A stretch of DNA of 64,000 nt from positions 9,721 through 73,720 of the forward strand of contig DATIID010000008.1 in the NCBI GenBank assembly GCA_035480035.1, written 5' to 3'. The DNA comes from Candidatus Saccharimonadales bacterium. Lineage in GTDB: Bacteria > Patescibacteriota > Saccharimonadia > Saccharimonadales > OMJO01. The position numbers and the translations under genes are program-made. Position 1 is the first letter of the stretch. Every line of letters starts with the position of its first letter. Of this stretch, positions 27,485 through 37,147 are shown in pieces. The notes beneath the pieces were generated by a model that was given only the letters and a program-made list of their open reading frames with translations, was not told where the DNA came from and ran no database searches.

Positions 27485-27565
27485 CTTTAATTATAGCGCT
27501 AACAGAGAAAATATGATATTCGGGTTTATTTGCTAACTTCGGTGACTGTTATACTGGAGTTATTC

Positions 27566-30379
27566 ATGGGTGAAGAACAAAAACAGCTAGCATATTACCG
27601 AATCGATCCTTCGACGGCTCTAAGTCAGCTTCAAAGCACCAAAGATGGGCTTGACCAGCAAGTAGTTACCGAGCGACAGGCGCAATATGGGTTCAATCGT
27701 CTTGTTGCTGGGCATAAAGAAACGTTTTTGCACAAATACTTGCGCCAGTACAAAGACTTGATGATTGTCCTGTTGATTGGCTGTGCTGTTTTGTCATTCG
27801 GTACCGGTGATTCACGGACTGGCATCGTCTTAATTGCAATAGTGTTATTTAACACGATCATCGGTTTTACGCAGGAGTTTAAGGCCGAAAAGCTGATGGA
27901 AAGTCTGGAGAAATTGGTTGTACCGGTTACCAAAGTGCTACGAAGCGGCAATTTGCAAGAAATCGCTTCGACCGAGTTAGTACCAGGTGACATTGTTTAT
28001 ATTGAAGCTGGTGATTCAGTGCCGGCTGACCTCCGTTTAATCGACGAGAGCGAGTTGGCGACCAATGACTTCGCTTTAACCGGTGAAAGTAACCCTAGCC
28101 GCAAATTCACACACGCTATTGAATCAGACGTCGAACTAGCCAACCGTCACAACTTAGTCTTTATGGGCACAACCGTGGCTATCGGCCAAGCCCACGGTTT
28201 AGTTATTGCCACTGGCATGCAGACCGAGCTCGGTCGAATTGCTAGCCTAAGCGAAGACACTGTCACCGACATTAGCCCGTTGCAACGTGAGATGAACAAC
28301 ATTGCCACACGTGTTACTCAAGGCACAGTGCTGTTGTGCGCCATTTTATTGCCAGTCGCTATGCGCTATGGCAATCTGCCGTTCAAGGGTGCTTTGCTTT
28401 TTGCTATCGGCATTGCTAGCTCAATTATTCCCCAAGGTTTGCCAGCTGAAATTAACACTGCCCTGGCCCAAGCGGCTAACAAGCTAGCCAAAGCTCGAGC
28501 CCTAGTTAAGAAGTTATCGGCTGTCGAAACGCTTGGCTCAACCACTATTATTTGTACTGACAAAACCGGCACACTAACTAAGAACCAAATGACTGTCGAG
28601 TCTCTGATGATTGGCTCCAATGTTTACTCGGTCAGCGGCAGCGGTTATGAGGCTAATGGTAAAATCAGTTTTAAAGATCAGCAAATTGGGCATGACCAGC
28701 TGAAAAAACTAGAATTATTTTTTGCTAACGGTGTATTTGCTAGCAACGCTCAAGTCAGTCCGCCGGACCACGAGCATTCGGTTTGGTATTGTCTAGGCGA
28801 TCCGACCGAAGGCGCGCTGATTACTCTAGCTAACAAGGCTGGACTCAACGCAAAAGAACTCGACGCTAGCCACGCAGAAATCAAAGAATTTCCGTTTGAC
28901 TCGGCTCGTAAACGTATGACCTCGATTCGAGAATATGACGGCAAACTATATGCTTTTATGAAAGGCGCTCCAGAAAACGTGCTTGAACGCAGCAGTCATA
29001 TTTGGGACCAAGGTAAAGTTAGCCCCCTCAAAAAAACCGACCATGAACAGATTATGGAGCAGCACAGCGACTGGGCCAATAACGCTATGCGCAATTTGGC
29101 TTACGCTTATAAAATTCTGCCGACTGACACAGATGTAAAGAAATTAAAGATGGATGAGCTCGAGCATGATATGATTTTTCTCGGTCTTGTTAGTATGATT
29201 GACCCGGTCCGTGAAGAAGTAGCCGAAGCTATGACTGCCGCTCATAAGGCACACATCAAAGTTTCGATTGTTACTGGCGATTTTGCACCGACGGCTCGAG
29301 CTATCGCAGCTAAAGCCGGTTTAGCGGAGAGAAAACAAGACATCGTCGTGGTTAGCGGCACTGAATTACGTACACTCGATGATGCGCGAGTTTTACAGTT
29401 GGTTCTTAGGGGCAGCATTATCTTTAGCCGAGTTAGCCCAGAGGATAAATTACGTATTGTTGAATTAGTAAAAAACAGCGGCCATGTTGTAGCCGTAACG
29501 GGCGATGGCATTAATGATGCACCGGCTCTAAAACGAGCCGATATCGGCGTGGCCATGGGTAAAACCGGTACCGACGTGGCTAAACAATCAGCTGACATTA
29601 TTTTGTTAGACGACAGTTTCCATACTTTAGTTGGCGCTGTCCAGCAGGGCCGAGTTATATTTCAAAACATTAAGAAAGGTACGCTGAGTTGTTTCACCAG
29701 TAACGGCGCCGAGTTGATCGTAAACTTGACCAGCCTGTTAACAGTGGTGGCCTTTCGTATCCCGCTTGCCCTAACAGTTATGGAAATTTTGGCGATCGAC
29801 TTAATTGCTGAATTATTTCCGATTGCCGCACTGGGTTGGGACCCAGCTGATAGCGAAGTCATGAGTGATTATCCACGCGATCCACATGATCATATTCTGA
29901 ACAAACGTTCGATATTGGATTTACTGTGGTGCGGCATCATTATCGGGGGCTTTGCTTTTACCAACTATTTATTGTTCTTCCGGCGGCACGGTGTAGCGGC
30001 TGGCAGCGTTGTTGCTGGTTCACAGCTACATATGAAGGCCACCGCTCTGACCTATCTAACTATCGTGTTGTGTCAGTTGCTCAACATTTTACAGCGCCGT
30101 AGTACCAATGGCTTGTTTACTCGTTACCAGTTTCATAATAAGCAGCTGGGCTTTGCCTTTTTAGCTTCCCTAACATGTGTCGGTTTTATTATTTATAATC
30201 CAGTGATTGCGCCGTACTTTGGTGCCGGGCCATTAGCACTAGTCGATTGGGCTTATGCGTTGGGTGCTGCAGCTTTATTCGTATTAATCCGTGAAGTCCA
30301 GCGAAATATAAACGTTAATCGTCCAAAAACTCACCCTCAAGAAAGTCGCCTAACCTCTGATACAATAGTCCAGGTATGA
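27566..30379 (+). CDS. cation-transporting P-type ATPase (type II, Ca2+/Mg2+-ATPase-like)
   Basis: ICTDKTGTLT phosphorylation site and VTGDGINDAPALKRADIGVAMG, with 10 predicted TM helices. I prefer the ATG at 27566 with GGAG upstream. The ORF track starts at the TTG at 27530. Confidence 0.95.
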   Translation: MGEEQKQLAYYRIDPSTALSQLQSTKDGLDQQVVTERQAQYGFNRLVAGHKETFLHKYLRQYKDLMIVLLIGCAVLSFGTGDSRTGIVLIAIVLFNTIIGFTQEFKAEKLMESLEKLVVPVTKVLRSGNLQEIASTELVPGDIVYIEAGDSVPADLRLIDESELATNDFALTGESNPSRKFTHAIESDVELANRHNLVFMGTTVAIGQAHGLVIATGMQTELGRIASLSEDTVTDISPLQREMNNIATRVTQGTVLLCAILLPVAMRYGNLPFKGALLFAIGIASSIIPQGLPAEINTALAQAANKLAKARALVKKLSAVETLGSTTIICTDKTGTLTKNQMTVESLMIGSNVYSVSGSGYEANGKISFKDQQIGHDQLKKLELFFANGVFASNAQVSPPDHEHSVWYCLGDPTEGALITLANKAGLNAKELDASHAEIKEFPFDSARKRMTSIREYDGKLYAFMKGAPENVLERSSHIWDQGKVSPLKKTDHEQIMEQHSDWANNAMRNLAYAYKILPTDTDVKKLKMDELEHDMIFLGLVSMIDPVREEVAEAMTAAHKAHIKVSIVTGDFAPTARAIAAKAGLAERKQDIVVVSGTELRTLDDARVLQLVLRGSIIFSRVSPEDKLRIVELVKNSGHVVAVTGDGINDAPALKRADIGVAMGKTGTDVAKQSADIILLDDSFHTLVGAVQQGRVIFQNIKKGTLSCFTSNGAELIVNLTSLLTVVAFRIPLALTVMEILAIDLIAELFPIAALGWDPADSEVMSDYPRDPHDHILNKRSILDLLWCGIIIGGFAFTNYLLFFRRHGVAAGSVVAGSQLHMKATALTYLTIVLCQLLNILQRRSTNGLFTRYQFHNKQLGFAFLASLTCVGFIIYNPVIAPYFGAGPLALVDWAYALGAAALFVLIREVQRNINVNRPKTHPQESRLTSDTIVQV

Positions 30380-30930
30380 AAAGAGTGATCGCCTTTGTTG
30401 GCATGCCAGGTTCTGGTAAAGGTACTTGCGCCAACTATTTGCACGAAAAATACGGTTGGCCCATGCTGCACTTCGGCAACATGGTTTACGACGAAGTCCA
30501 GCGCCGCGGACTAGATAACGTCAAAGATGAGGTGTTTGTACGTGAAGATATGCGCAATAAAGAAGGTAGGGCCGTGCTAGCCAAGCATATTGCCCGAAAA
30601 GCTTCTGAGTATTTTGATAAAGGGCCGGAAACCGTCGTCCTTGATGGGCTTTATAGTTGGTCGGAATACAAATACTTAGCCGAAACTTTTGGTGATCAGC
30701 TAACTGTCATTGCTATTGCCGCGCCCAAACAAGTTCGACGCCAGAGGGTATTTGATCGCAAAGATACTCATCGCAAATACACTATGCATCAGCTCGTGAC
30801 TCGTGAAATTGATGAGATAGAAACATTAGAAAAAGGTGGACCAATTGCCTATGCTGACTATACTATCGTTAACGACAGTAGTCCTGAAACCATGCTCGAT
30901 AAACTTGACTTAGTTTTAAAACTTTTCTAG
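30376..30930 (+). CDS. P-loop nucleotide kinase, archaeal UPF0200 / dephospho-CoA-kinase-like
   Basis: Walker A motif VGMPGSGKGT. The overall pattern follows archaeal UPF0200 proteins (...DGLYSWSEYKYL...IAIAAP...R...ADYTIVNDSS). ATGA overlap with the ATPase stop. Confidence 0.65.
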   Translation: MKRVIAFVGMPGSGKGTCANYLHEKYGWPMLHFGNMVYDEVQRRGLDNVKDEVFVREDMRNKEGRAVLAKHIARKASEYFDKGPETVVLDGLYSWSEYKYLAETFGDQLTVIAIAAPKQVRRQRVFDRKDTHRKYTMHQLVTREIDEIETLEKGGPIAYADYTIVNDSSPETMLDKLDLVLKLF

Positions 30931-31353
30931 CTCCTTGGCTGCAATTCGGGCAATCGCGCCGCCCAACGCTTTGGCACGGTCGGGACTACGGCTAATTCGC
31001 GTATACTCACTACCGTCAGAGTGTTGTCCATGAATTTCAACACTAGTACGAAGGTCACTATCACCGTCAGAGAAATGCGTTTTAGTAATTTTAGAAATGT
31101 AAGTTTTGTCAGTTTCGCCAATTGTTTTCTTTGCTTGGGCATTAATCCGTAAACGGTCGACATCCGGTTCAAAATCACTGATTAAGGTTATAGATGGGTA
31201 TCGGTCTTTGCCAATTCGTTCAATTTTATCACCGGTCGCTGGGTCAATATTTACCGCTAAGGCATGAGGCACCCCTTCAGCAACCTCTCGGGCTTCAACT
31301 ACTGGTTGAAGTTCAGGTTCATCGTGGACGGCTTCGTGGAGTAGATCTGACAT
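30916..31353 (-). CDS. hypothetical protein (145 aa)
   Basis: ORF only. No recognised family. Confidence 0.5.
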   Translation of the reverse strand: MSDLLHEAVHDEPELQPVVEAREVAEGVPHALAVNIDPATGDKIERIGKDRYPSITLISDFEPDVDRLRINAQAKKTIGETDKTYISKITKTHFSDGDSDLRTSVEIHGQHSDGSEYTRISRSPDRAKALGGAIARIAAKELEKF

Positions 31354-31423
31354 GATGTTTGTTTTAGATTAACACTTAGATACTATCATGCTTATGTATT
31401 TTTGTCAATTTTGTGGTTTTAGT

Positions 31424-31861
31424 TTATTGCATGGTTTGGGCTCGGGTTTCAGCCTTGACGGTCAGAAACGATACATGATCACGGTTGCGTTCAACCCGCC
31501 GCTGTTCCCGTCTAAGTCCAATTGATTTCCTAAACTCGTTTAGAGCCAATCCGCCAACTGCTATCGCTCCAAAATTACCCATTATTCTGGTCGGTGCTTC
31601 AATTGGCAGTTTAGTAAATACTTCCGCAGTAAGAGCTGCTGCCTCACCGACCACCAGGACAACTGCAAAATTAGCTACTTTACTAACAGACTGTCCGAAC
31701 TGAAATTGACGAAAATCACTAATGGCCTCGATTGAACGATCATATTTTTCGCCTTCGCCTCGTAAATATTCAATGTTATCGGCCAATATTTCCGGATGAG
31801 TTTGTTCAGCCATTCTGTCTAAGCGCTCATAGTAGTCTTTTTCACTGGTGGCATCGAGCAT
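31424..31861 (-). CDS. hypothetical protein with two central TM helices (145 aa)
   Basis: AGGAGA Shine-Dalgarno. Hydrophobic hairpin (ANFAVVLVVGEAAAL...FGAIAVGGLAL). Confidence 0.55.
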   Translation of the reverse strand: MLDATSEKDYYERLDRMAEQTHPEILADNIEYLRGEGEKYDRSIEAISDFRQFQFGQSVSKVANFAVVLVVGEAAALTAEVFTKLPIEAPTRIMGNFGAIAVGGLALNEFRKSIGLRREQRRVERNRDHVSFLTVKAETRAQTMQ

Positions 31862-31872
31862 TATCGTCTCTC

Positions 31873-33000
31873 CTATTTAATATAGTCATGCAGTTTTTTA
31901 GCGTCTTTGTGCTTACGCAGTTTGGCCAAAGCTTTGGCTTCAATCTGACGAATACGCTCTCGGGTGACGCTAAATTCTTGTCCCACCTCTTCTAGTGTAT
32001 GGCTTTTGCCATCTTCCAAGCCAAAACGTAGTTTCAAAATCTTCTGTTCCCTTTCAGTTAGGGCACCCAACATATCTTTAACGTGCTCTTTCAACAGTTG
32101 TCCGGTCGCCGATTCTTCCGGACTAATGGTGTCCTCGTCTTCGATAAAGTCAGCTAGCACTGAATCTTCGTCGTCATCGCGAACGCTGGCATCAAGGCTG
32201 GAAATATCCTGCTTAATTTTCATGATGTGCTCGACTTTATCGACGTCGATTTCCATAGCTTGGGCGATTTCTTCGTTGGTTGGTTCACGGTTAAGTTCTT
32301 GAGTTAGTCGACGTTGGGTTCGGAGCAATTTGTTAATTGTTTCAACCATGTGCACTGGAATACGAATAGTGCGGGCTTGGTCAGCAATAGCCCGGGTAAT
32401 TGCTTGGCGAATCCACCAAGTGGCGTAAGTACTAAACTTAAAGCCCTTGTCTGGATCAAACTTCTCAACGGCACGTAGTAAACCGGTATTACCTTCCTGA
32501 ATTAGATCAAGCAGGTCTAATCCACGGCCAACGTAACGTTTAGCAATCGAGACAACCAGGCGCATGTTGGCTTCGGCCATTTGATCTTTGGCTTTTTTAT
32601 CGCCAGCCACAACACGTTGTGCCAGTGCTAGCTCTTCCGCTGCAGTTAATAATGGAATTTTGCCAATTTCACGCAAGTACAAACGAACCGAGTCATCAGA
32701 AATGTCATCCAAATAAACCGGCACTTCTGGGACTTCTTCCTCTTCAGCTTCCTGGGCCCACTCGTCAGTAAATGACTCAGCATTTGGTTCGGTAAAACCA
32801 GAAATTTCAAGATTTAGATCGGCCAGCTCAGTATAGAGTTGGTCCAAAATATCAATATTTTCCGAGGTATCCGGAATTTCTTTAAAAATATCGCGTTGGT
32901 CAATCTTGCCGTCTTTTTTAGCTTTGACGACCAAATCATTCTTAGCTTGGACTAAAGCTGGATCAATATCATCATGAGTGGTGTTGTCTTCATCTGCCAT
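31873..33000 (-). CDS. rpoD: RNA polymerase primary sigma factor
   Basis: Regions 1.2 to 4.2 ([54 protein letters not shown]). Confidence 0.97.
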   Translation of the reverse strand: MADEDNTTHDDIDPALVQAKNDLVVKAKKDGKIDQRDIFKEIPDTSENIDILDQLYTELADLNLEISGFTEPNAESFTDEWAQEAEEEEVPEVPVYLDDISDDSVRLYLREIGKIPLLTAAEELALAQRVVAGDKKAKDQMAEANMRLVVSIAKRYVGRGLDLLDLIQEGNTGLLRAVEKFDPDKGFKFSTYATWWIRQAITRAIADQARTIRIPVHMVETINKLLRTQRRLTQELNREPTNEEIAQAMEIDVDKVEHIMKIKQDISSLDASVRDDDEDSVLADFIEDEDTISPEESATGQLLKEHVKDMLGALTEREQKILKLRFGLEDGKSHTLEEVGQEFSVTRERIRQIEAKALAKLRKHKDAKKLHDYIK

Positions 33001-33009
33001 GATTTCCTC

Positions 33010-34749
33010 CTAATTATGAACTTTTAATAATTCATCGAGACTTTTAGCTTGCTCTAATAATTTGGCTGATTCGGTTTCATTAGAATCACGCAAAGCCTCG
33101 GTAATAGCTTTCTTTTTGGTTTTGACATAACTCTCTATCAAGCGAATCTGCAGTCGGGTGGCCTCGTTACGAAGCTCTAGTAGCCCGAGATCCTGATAGA
33201 GTTCCTCATACTGTAATCCTAAGATTTTAACATAATCCGCCAATGGTTTCAACTCTTTAGCCGGTTCACTAATCTTAAAGTCAGGATTGTTATGCAAATA
33301 TTCCAGCAAGGCTATGGCCTCCTCATCAGACATCATTTCGGCGGTTAGTTGGTTCAAATGATATCTTAGCGGTGGTTGAAATATGGAGATGGCTAATAAG
33401 TGATCTTGAGCCCTTTTATTCTCTAGGCGAGTTTTATTAATACTATTTTCGGTGACTTGGCGGGTTCTGTAGGTGGTACGGCCTTCTTTGATGGCCTTTA
33501 ATTCGTCCTTGATGGCATCTTCGCTATAGCCTAAAATCTTGGCGACTTTGGCAGCATACAAACCTTGTTCGCCGGCGTTTTCCAGCCGTTTTACCGAAGA
33601 CAACACGGCTTGCTTGAATTGGTCGCGGCCACTATAGGTCGAAAGGTCAGCTCGCTTTTCGTACTGGGCAATCAGCCAATCTTGAGCATCTTGGTTCTGG
33701 GTAATCGCACGGCTCCATAAGCTTGGATCTTTTTTGATCAATTCGTCAGGATCTTTACCTTCAACAATATCAATAATGCTTAAGTGAACACCAGTTTTAT
33801 GGGCAATTGGGATGGCCCGTTCGGTCGCCGCCAAACCAGCATCATCTTGGTCAAATGCCAAGCGAATATCATGGGCGAAGCGGCTGAGTGCCTTGAGGTG
33901 CATTTCAGTTATGGCGGTACCAGCAGTGGCTACAACCTCAGTTATACCAACCTGGTGACTAGCAATCACATCCAGATTGCCTTCGACGATAACAGCAAAT
34001 TTATTCTTACGAATGGCGTCTTTAGCCAGATGCAAACCAAATACGTGCCGACCCTTGTCGTACAGAAGCGTCTGTGGTGTGTTCAAGTATTTTGGTGCAT
34101 CAGGATTGTCTTCCAGCAGGCGGCCAGTAAAGCCAATCACTCTTCCCTGCGGATCCATTAGCGGAATCATAATTCGACCGCGAAACATATCGCCGCCGCG
34201 GTAACGATTGGTTACCAAGCCGGCCTTTTGCAACTCTTCATCCTTATAACCCTGCTTCTTAAGAAAATTAAGCAGAGCTACGCCAGTATTTGGGGCGTAG
34301 CCGATCTGGAAAGCCAAGGCCACTTCTTTGGAAAATTGACGCTTTTTAAGGATATATTCGAGAGCTTGGCGGTTTTTCGAAAAATGTGCCTGATAAAATT
34401 TGGCGCTTAGTTCATTAGCGCTATAAAGCCGTTCTTTTAATTTAGTATTGGACGAGCTGCGATTTTGATACTGGTCTAGGTCAACACCAGCTTTGCGCGC
34501 CAGAATTTCCAGAGCGCCACGAAAGTCGACGCCTTCCATTTCCATCACGAAACTAAACATGTTGCCACCATTGCCACTACTGAAATCGTGCCAAATTTGC
34601 TTGGCCGGACTAACCATTAGGCTTGGCGTCTTTTCATTGGTAAAGGGGCTTAGGCCGCGCATATTACTACCAGCACGCTTGAGCTGGACGTATTCAGCCA
34701 CGACGTCCTCAACACTCAACCGACCCTTAATATCCTCTACTGCATCCAT
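33010..34749 (-). CDS. dnaG: DNA primase
   Basis: N-terminal region, RNA-polymerase core and TOPRIM (VIVEGNLDVI). dnaG-rpoD pair as in the MMS operon. The N-terminal zinc-ribbon Cys residues are not obvious (SPFTNEKTPS). Confidence 0.93.
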   Translation of the reverse strand: MDAVEDIKGRLSVEDVVAEYVQLKRAGSNMRGLSPFTNEKTPSLMVSPAKQIWHDFSSGNGGNMFSFVMEMEGVDFRGALEILARKAGVDLDQYQNRSSSNTKLKERLYSANELSAKFYQAHFSKNRQALEYILKKRQFSKEVALAFQIGYAPNTGVALLNFLKKQGYKDEELQKAGLVTNRYRGGDMFRGRIMIPLMDPQGRVIGFTGRLLEDNPDAPKYLNTPQTLLYDKGRHVFGLHLAKDAIRKNKFAVIVEGNLDVIASHQVGITEVVATAGTAITEMHLKALSRFAHDIRLAFDQDDAGLAATERAIPIAHKTGVHLSIIDIVEGKDPDELIKKDPSLWSRAITQNQDAQDWLIAQYEKRADLSTYSGRDQFKQAVLSSVKRLENAGEQGLYAAKVAKILGYSEDAIKDELKAIKEGRTTYRTRQVTENSINKTRLENKRAQDHLLAISIFQPPLRYHLNQLTAEMMSDEEAIALLEYLHNNPDFKISEPAKELKPLADYVKILGLQYEELYQDLGLLELRNEATRLQIRLIESYVKTKKKAITEALRDSNETESAKLLEQAKSLDELLKVHN

Positions 34750-34837
34750 AGCTATAGCTTAAAGCTTTTGGTCATTGTGTCATAGCATAAGCAAGTCCGG
34801 CTTCAGCTAACTTTGGTCAACTGTTACAATAATGCTT

Positions 34838-35488
34838 ATGCCAGCAAATCAACCACCCCCCGCCCCACCGCCAGTCAGTGGTGGTCCAGCTAAACCACTT
34901 GATCCTTATGGCTTTTTAGCGCAACAGCCAGCAAAGAAAAAGGGTGGCATCGGGCCGAATTTACCATCTGGTAACTCCGTCGGGCAACGAGTTTTGGTAG
35001 TTTTGGGTATTATCGTTTTTCTAGTTGTTGCGGTCCTAATTTTCCTTAGTATTTTGAGTAGTGCTGGCAAGGAAAGCACAGCTGCCCTACTTGATGTTGT
35101 TAAAAAGCAAACCGAACTTATTCGAGTAGCCGACCTAGGTACACAAAAGGCCTCGCAAGACTCGACACAAAATTTAGCTTTTACTGTTAAGTATAGTCTG
35201 GAATCAGATCAGCCAGATTTGATTAGCGCCATAAAGGGCGCCGGGACCAAAGTTACTGAAGGTATTCTGAATTCCGGCCACCAAGCGAGCACCGATGCGA
35301 CATTGGATCAAGCCGAGCAAGATAACAATTACGACGCAGTCTTTATTAGGCTTTTAAACACGCAGCTACGCGACTATCAAGCGGCACTTAAGAAAGCTTA
35401 TGGTATTGCCAAAAGCCAAAAACTGAAAGCTTCAATCAACTCCGATTACGGTCACATCAACATCATTATCGGCGAACCGGCTAAGTAA
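34838..35488 (+). CDS. membrane-anchored hypothetical protein with a Pro-rich N-terminus (ORF track starts at 34832)
   Basis: PANQPPPAPPP, then a TM helix, then a soluble domain. TACAAT at 34825..34830 lies 7 nt upstream of the ATG at 34838. Confidence 0.6.
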   Translation: MPANQPPPAPPPVSGGPAKPLDPYGFLAQQPAKKKGGIGPNLPSGNSVGQRVLVVLGIIVFLVVAVLIFLSILSSAGKESTAALLDVVKKQTELIRVADLGTQKASQDSTQNLAFTVKYSLESDQPDLISAIKGAGTKVTEGILNSGHQASTDATLDQAEQDNNYDAVFIRLLNTQLRDYQAALKKAYGIAKSQKLKASINSDYGHINIIIGEPAK

Positions 35489-35490
35489 AA

Positions 35491-35835
35491 TTAGTCAAAA
35501 GTGGGGATGGCGTTCTTGTTGCCGACCACTAGGTCATAGCTGTGGCGAATCAAACCCTGGATTTCTTCCCAAGGTAATTGGCCGCTCAAAATGACAGTGT
35601 TCCAATGTTTTTTGTTCAAATGATAGCCTTCCATAACGGTCTCGTACTTATCGCGCAAAATTTTTGACAACAACGGGTCACACTTGAGGCTGATGCGCAC
35701 CGGATCGGTCTTTTCGGGAATTAAGGCAAACATCTTGTCTTTAACTTTATAAACTGCCACATCCTCGCCAAATGGATAATCCAGTTTGGCGTTCGGCATA
35801 CTCAAAACGTATTCTTCTACCTTTTTATGATTCAT
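35491..35835 (-). CDS. MmcQ/YjbR family protein
   Basis: YPFGEDVAVYKVKDKMFALI...HLNKKHWNTV is the YjbR-family signature. Confidence 0.8.
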   Translation of the reverse strand: MNHKKVEEYVLSMPNAKLDYPFGEDVAVYKVKDKMFALIPEKTDPVRISLKCDPLLSKILRDKYETVMEGYHLNKKHWNTVILSGQLPWEEIQGLIRHSYDLVVGNKNAIPTFD

Positions 35836-35843
35836 CAATTTGT

Positions 35844-36260
35844 TTAGAATCCTCCACCATCAAGTTCATCCAAAAAATTACTTACTTTAACTAATCCACT
35901 CAACTCAGTAACCATTTCACCTGCCACTCTCCCTAACTCGTGTCTTTGTATAAATGAAGAGTTTTGAAACGCGGGTATGGTTTCTAACTGCTTATTAACT
36001 ACATTCATAGTTTGCTCATGAAATTTTATTAGTCCATCAAGTAACGTGTGATTTATGGTTTCCTTACCGAATTTAACGGTCTTGCTGCCTCTTTCGAGTA
36101 TGCCGCATAAGTCCCTATCAAATTCAAGAGGTTCATTGCCTAATCTAATCCGATTTTCACTGCGTTCTCGGGATGCTCCTAATACGACATTGACCTCGTT
36201 CTCATTGACCAAAGTTACAATGTACCTCGAATTATCTTCGGGATCATCCTTAAGTTCCAT
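35844..36260 (-). CDS. hypothetical protein (138 aa), visibly AT-richer than its neighbours
   Basis: ORF with its own canonical promoter placed for a leaderless start. No recognised family. Ends in ...DELDGGGF. Confidence 0.6.
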   Translation of the reverse strand: MELKDDPEDNSRYIVTLVNENEVNVVLGASRERSENRIRLGNEPLEFDRDLCGILERGSKTVKFGKETINHTLLDGLIKFHEQTMNVVNKQLETIPAFQNSSFIQRHELGRVAGEMVTELSGLVKVSNFLDELDGGGF

Positions 36261-36267
36261 TAATAAT

Positions 36268-36296
36268 ATTCTAAAATTTTGTGGCTAAGCTGTCAA
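36268..36296 (-). promoter_or_regulatory. TTGACA-N17-TAGAAT promoter, 7 nt upstream of the ATG at 36260 (leaderless geometry)
   Basis: On the minus strand, TTGACA is at 36296..36291, the spacer is 17 nt, TAGAAT is at 36273..36268, then 7 nt, then the ATG. Confidence 0.6.
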
Positions 36297-36300
36297 AATA

Positions 36301-36957
36301 TTAGCAACGACCGCCCCAGGGTTGGTTGCCCCGTTCCTCATATAAATCAGTAGCCATTTTGTCCTGATCGGTCGGGGAAACCTGCGCCGGGTCTTGACCG
36401 ACCAAATCTGGCCGCCCATTGTTGGCGGCCACACTGTTCCAAGTTGATTGGTCAAACTGATAGGCGCCATGATAAACTCCGTCCGGCGAAACCGCTTGAT
36501 AGCCGCCAGCTGTATCAGATTCATGACCTCGCGTGCATGCCAAAAAGGCCTCAACATTGCCATTATAAGATGGGGTGCTAACGGAAGAACTGCTGTTCGA
36601 CGGTGGAACATAACTTTGATGGCTTTCATTAGCTTTAGCCGCAAAGACGGCTATGGCAAAACTAAACTTTAGACCATTTTCGACAGCTTCATCATAGACA
36701 TGCTTAAACCATTTAGCTTCGAGATTCTCTTTTTTAATCATGGCCAGTTTTTGCCAATGATCATAAAACTCCTGTGTCATTGCCGGGGCTTTATGAATCG
36801 GACTATTGTCTGATTCTGTCGTCGCCACACCCGCAACAGCACCCGCACTTAACAGTGTTGCAACCGTTGCCACACCAAGCTTTTTCCAGCGTTTGGGTTT
36901 GTTTGGCGGTTGTGATTCGATCGCCTCCGCCATCGGCGATGGGTAGATGTAATCCAT
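36301..36957 (-). CDS. secreted transglycosylase-like (resuscitation-promoting-factor-type) cell-wall hydrolase
   Basis: TM or signal segment followed by the C-terminal domain CTRGHES...GAYQFDQSTWNSV...PTDQDKMATDLYEERGNQPWGGRC. GGGAGG Shine-Dalgarno. Confidence 0.8.
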   Translation of the reverse strand: MDYIYPSPMAEAIESQPPNKPKRWKKLGVATVATLLSAGAVAGVATTESDNSPIHKAPAMTQEFYDHWQKLAMIKKENLEAKWFKHVYDEAVENGLKFSFAIAVFAAKANESHQSYVPPSNSSSSVSTPSYNGNVEAFLACTRGHESDTAGGYQAVSPDGVYHGAYQFDQSTWNSVAANNGRPDLVGQDPAQVSPTDQDKMATDLYEERGNQPWGGRC

Positions 36958-37147
36958 ACTCTACCTCCCATTTGCCAGCAATAGCAAAGCTGACCAGTTG
37001 ATGATAGAGATTCAAACCAATTGCGCATTTGCATGGGTTAGAACCCACTTTTGTAAGTGCTCCAATTTTCTTGAATATGCCACTCTGACTCGCACAGGTG
37101 ACGCTAATAGTTTAATTTAGACGGCTAATTTTATGCTGTGAGATATG

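Noticed and set aside
36285-37048. ORFs at 36285..36644, 36803..37048 and 36849..37034 (minus strand) and 36448..36672 and 36774..37001 (plus strand) overlapping the Rpf-like gene.
   Set aside because: These are alternate frames of a gene with a clear transglycosylase domain and a strong Shine-Dalgarno. Their products are Arg/Cys/Trp-rich nonsense-like sequences.
36958-37147. A ydaO / cyclic-di-AMP riboswitch upstream of the Rpf-like gene.
   Set aside because: The context is suggestive, since actinobacterial rpf genes carry one. However, the conserved ACGGGG, CCCGA and GGUGAAUCC-type blocks are not recognisable by eye.
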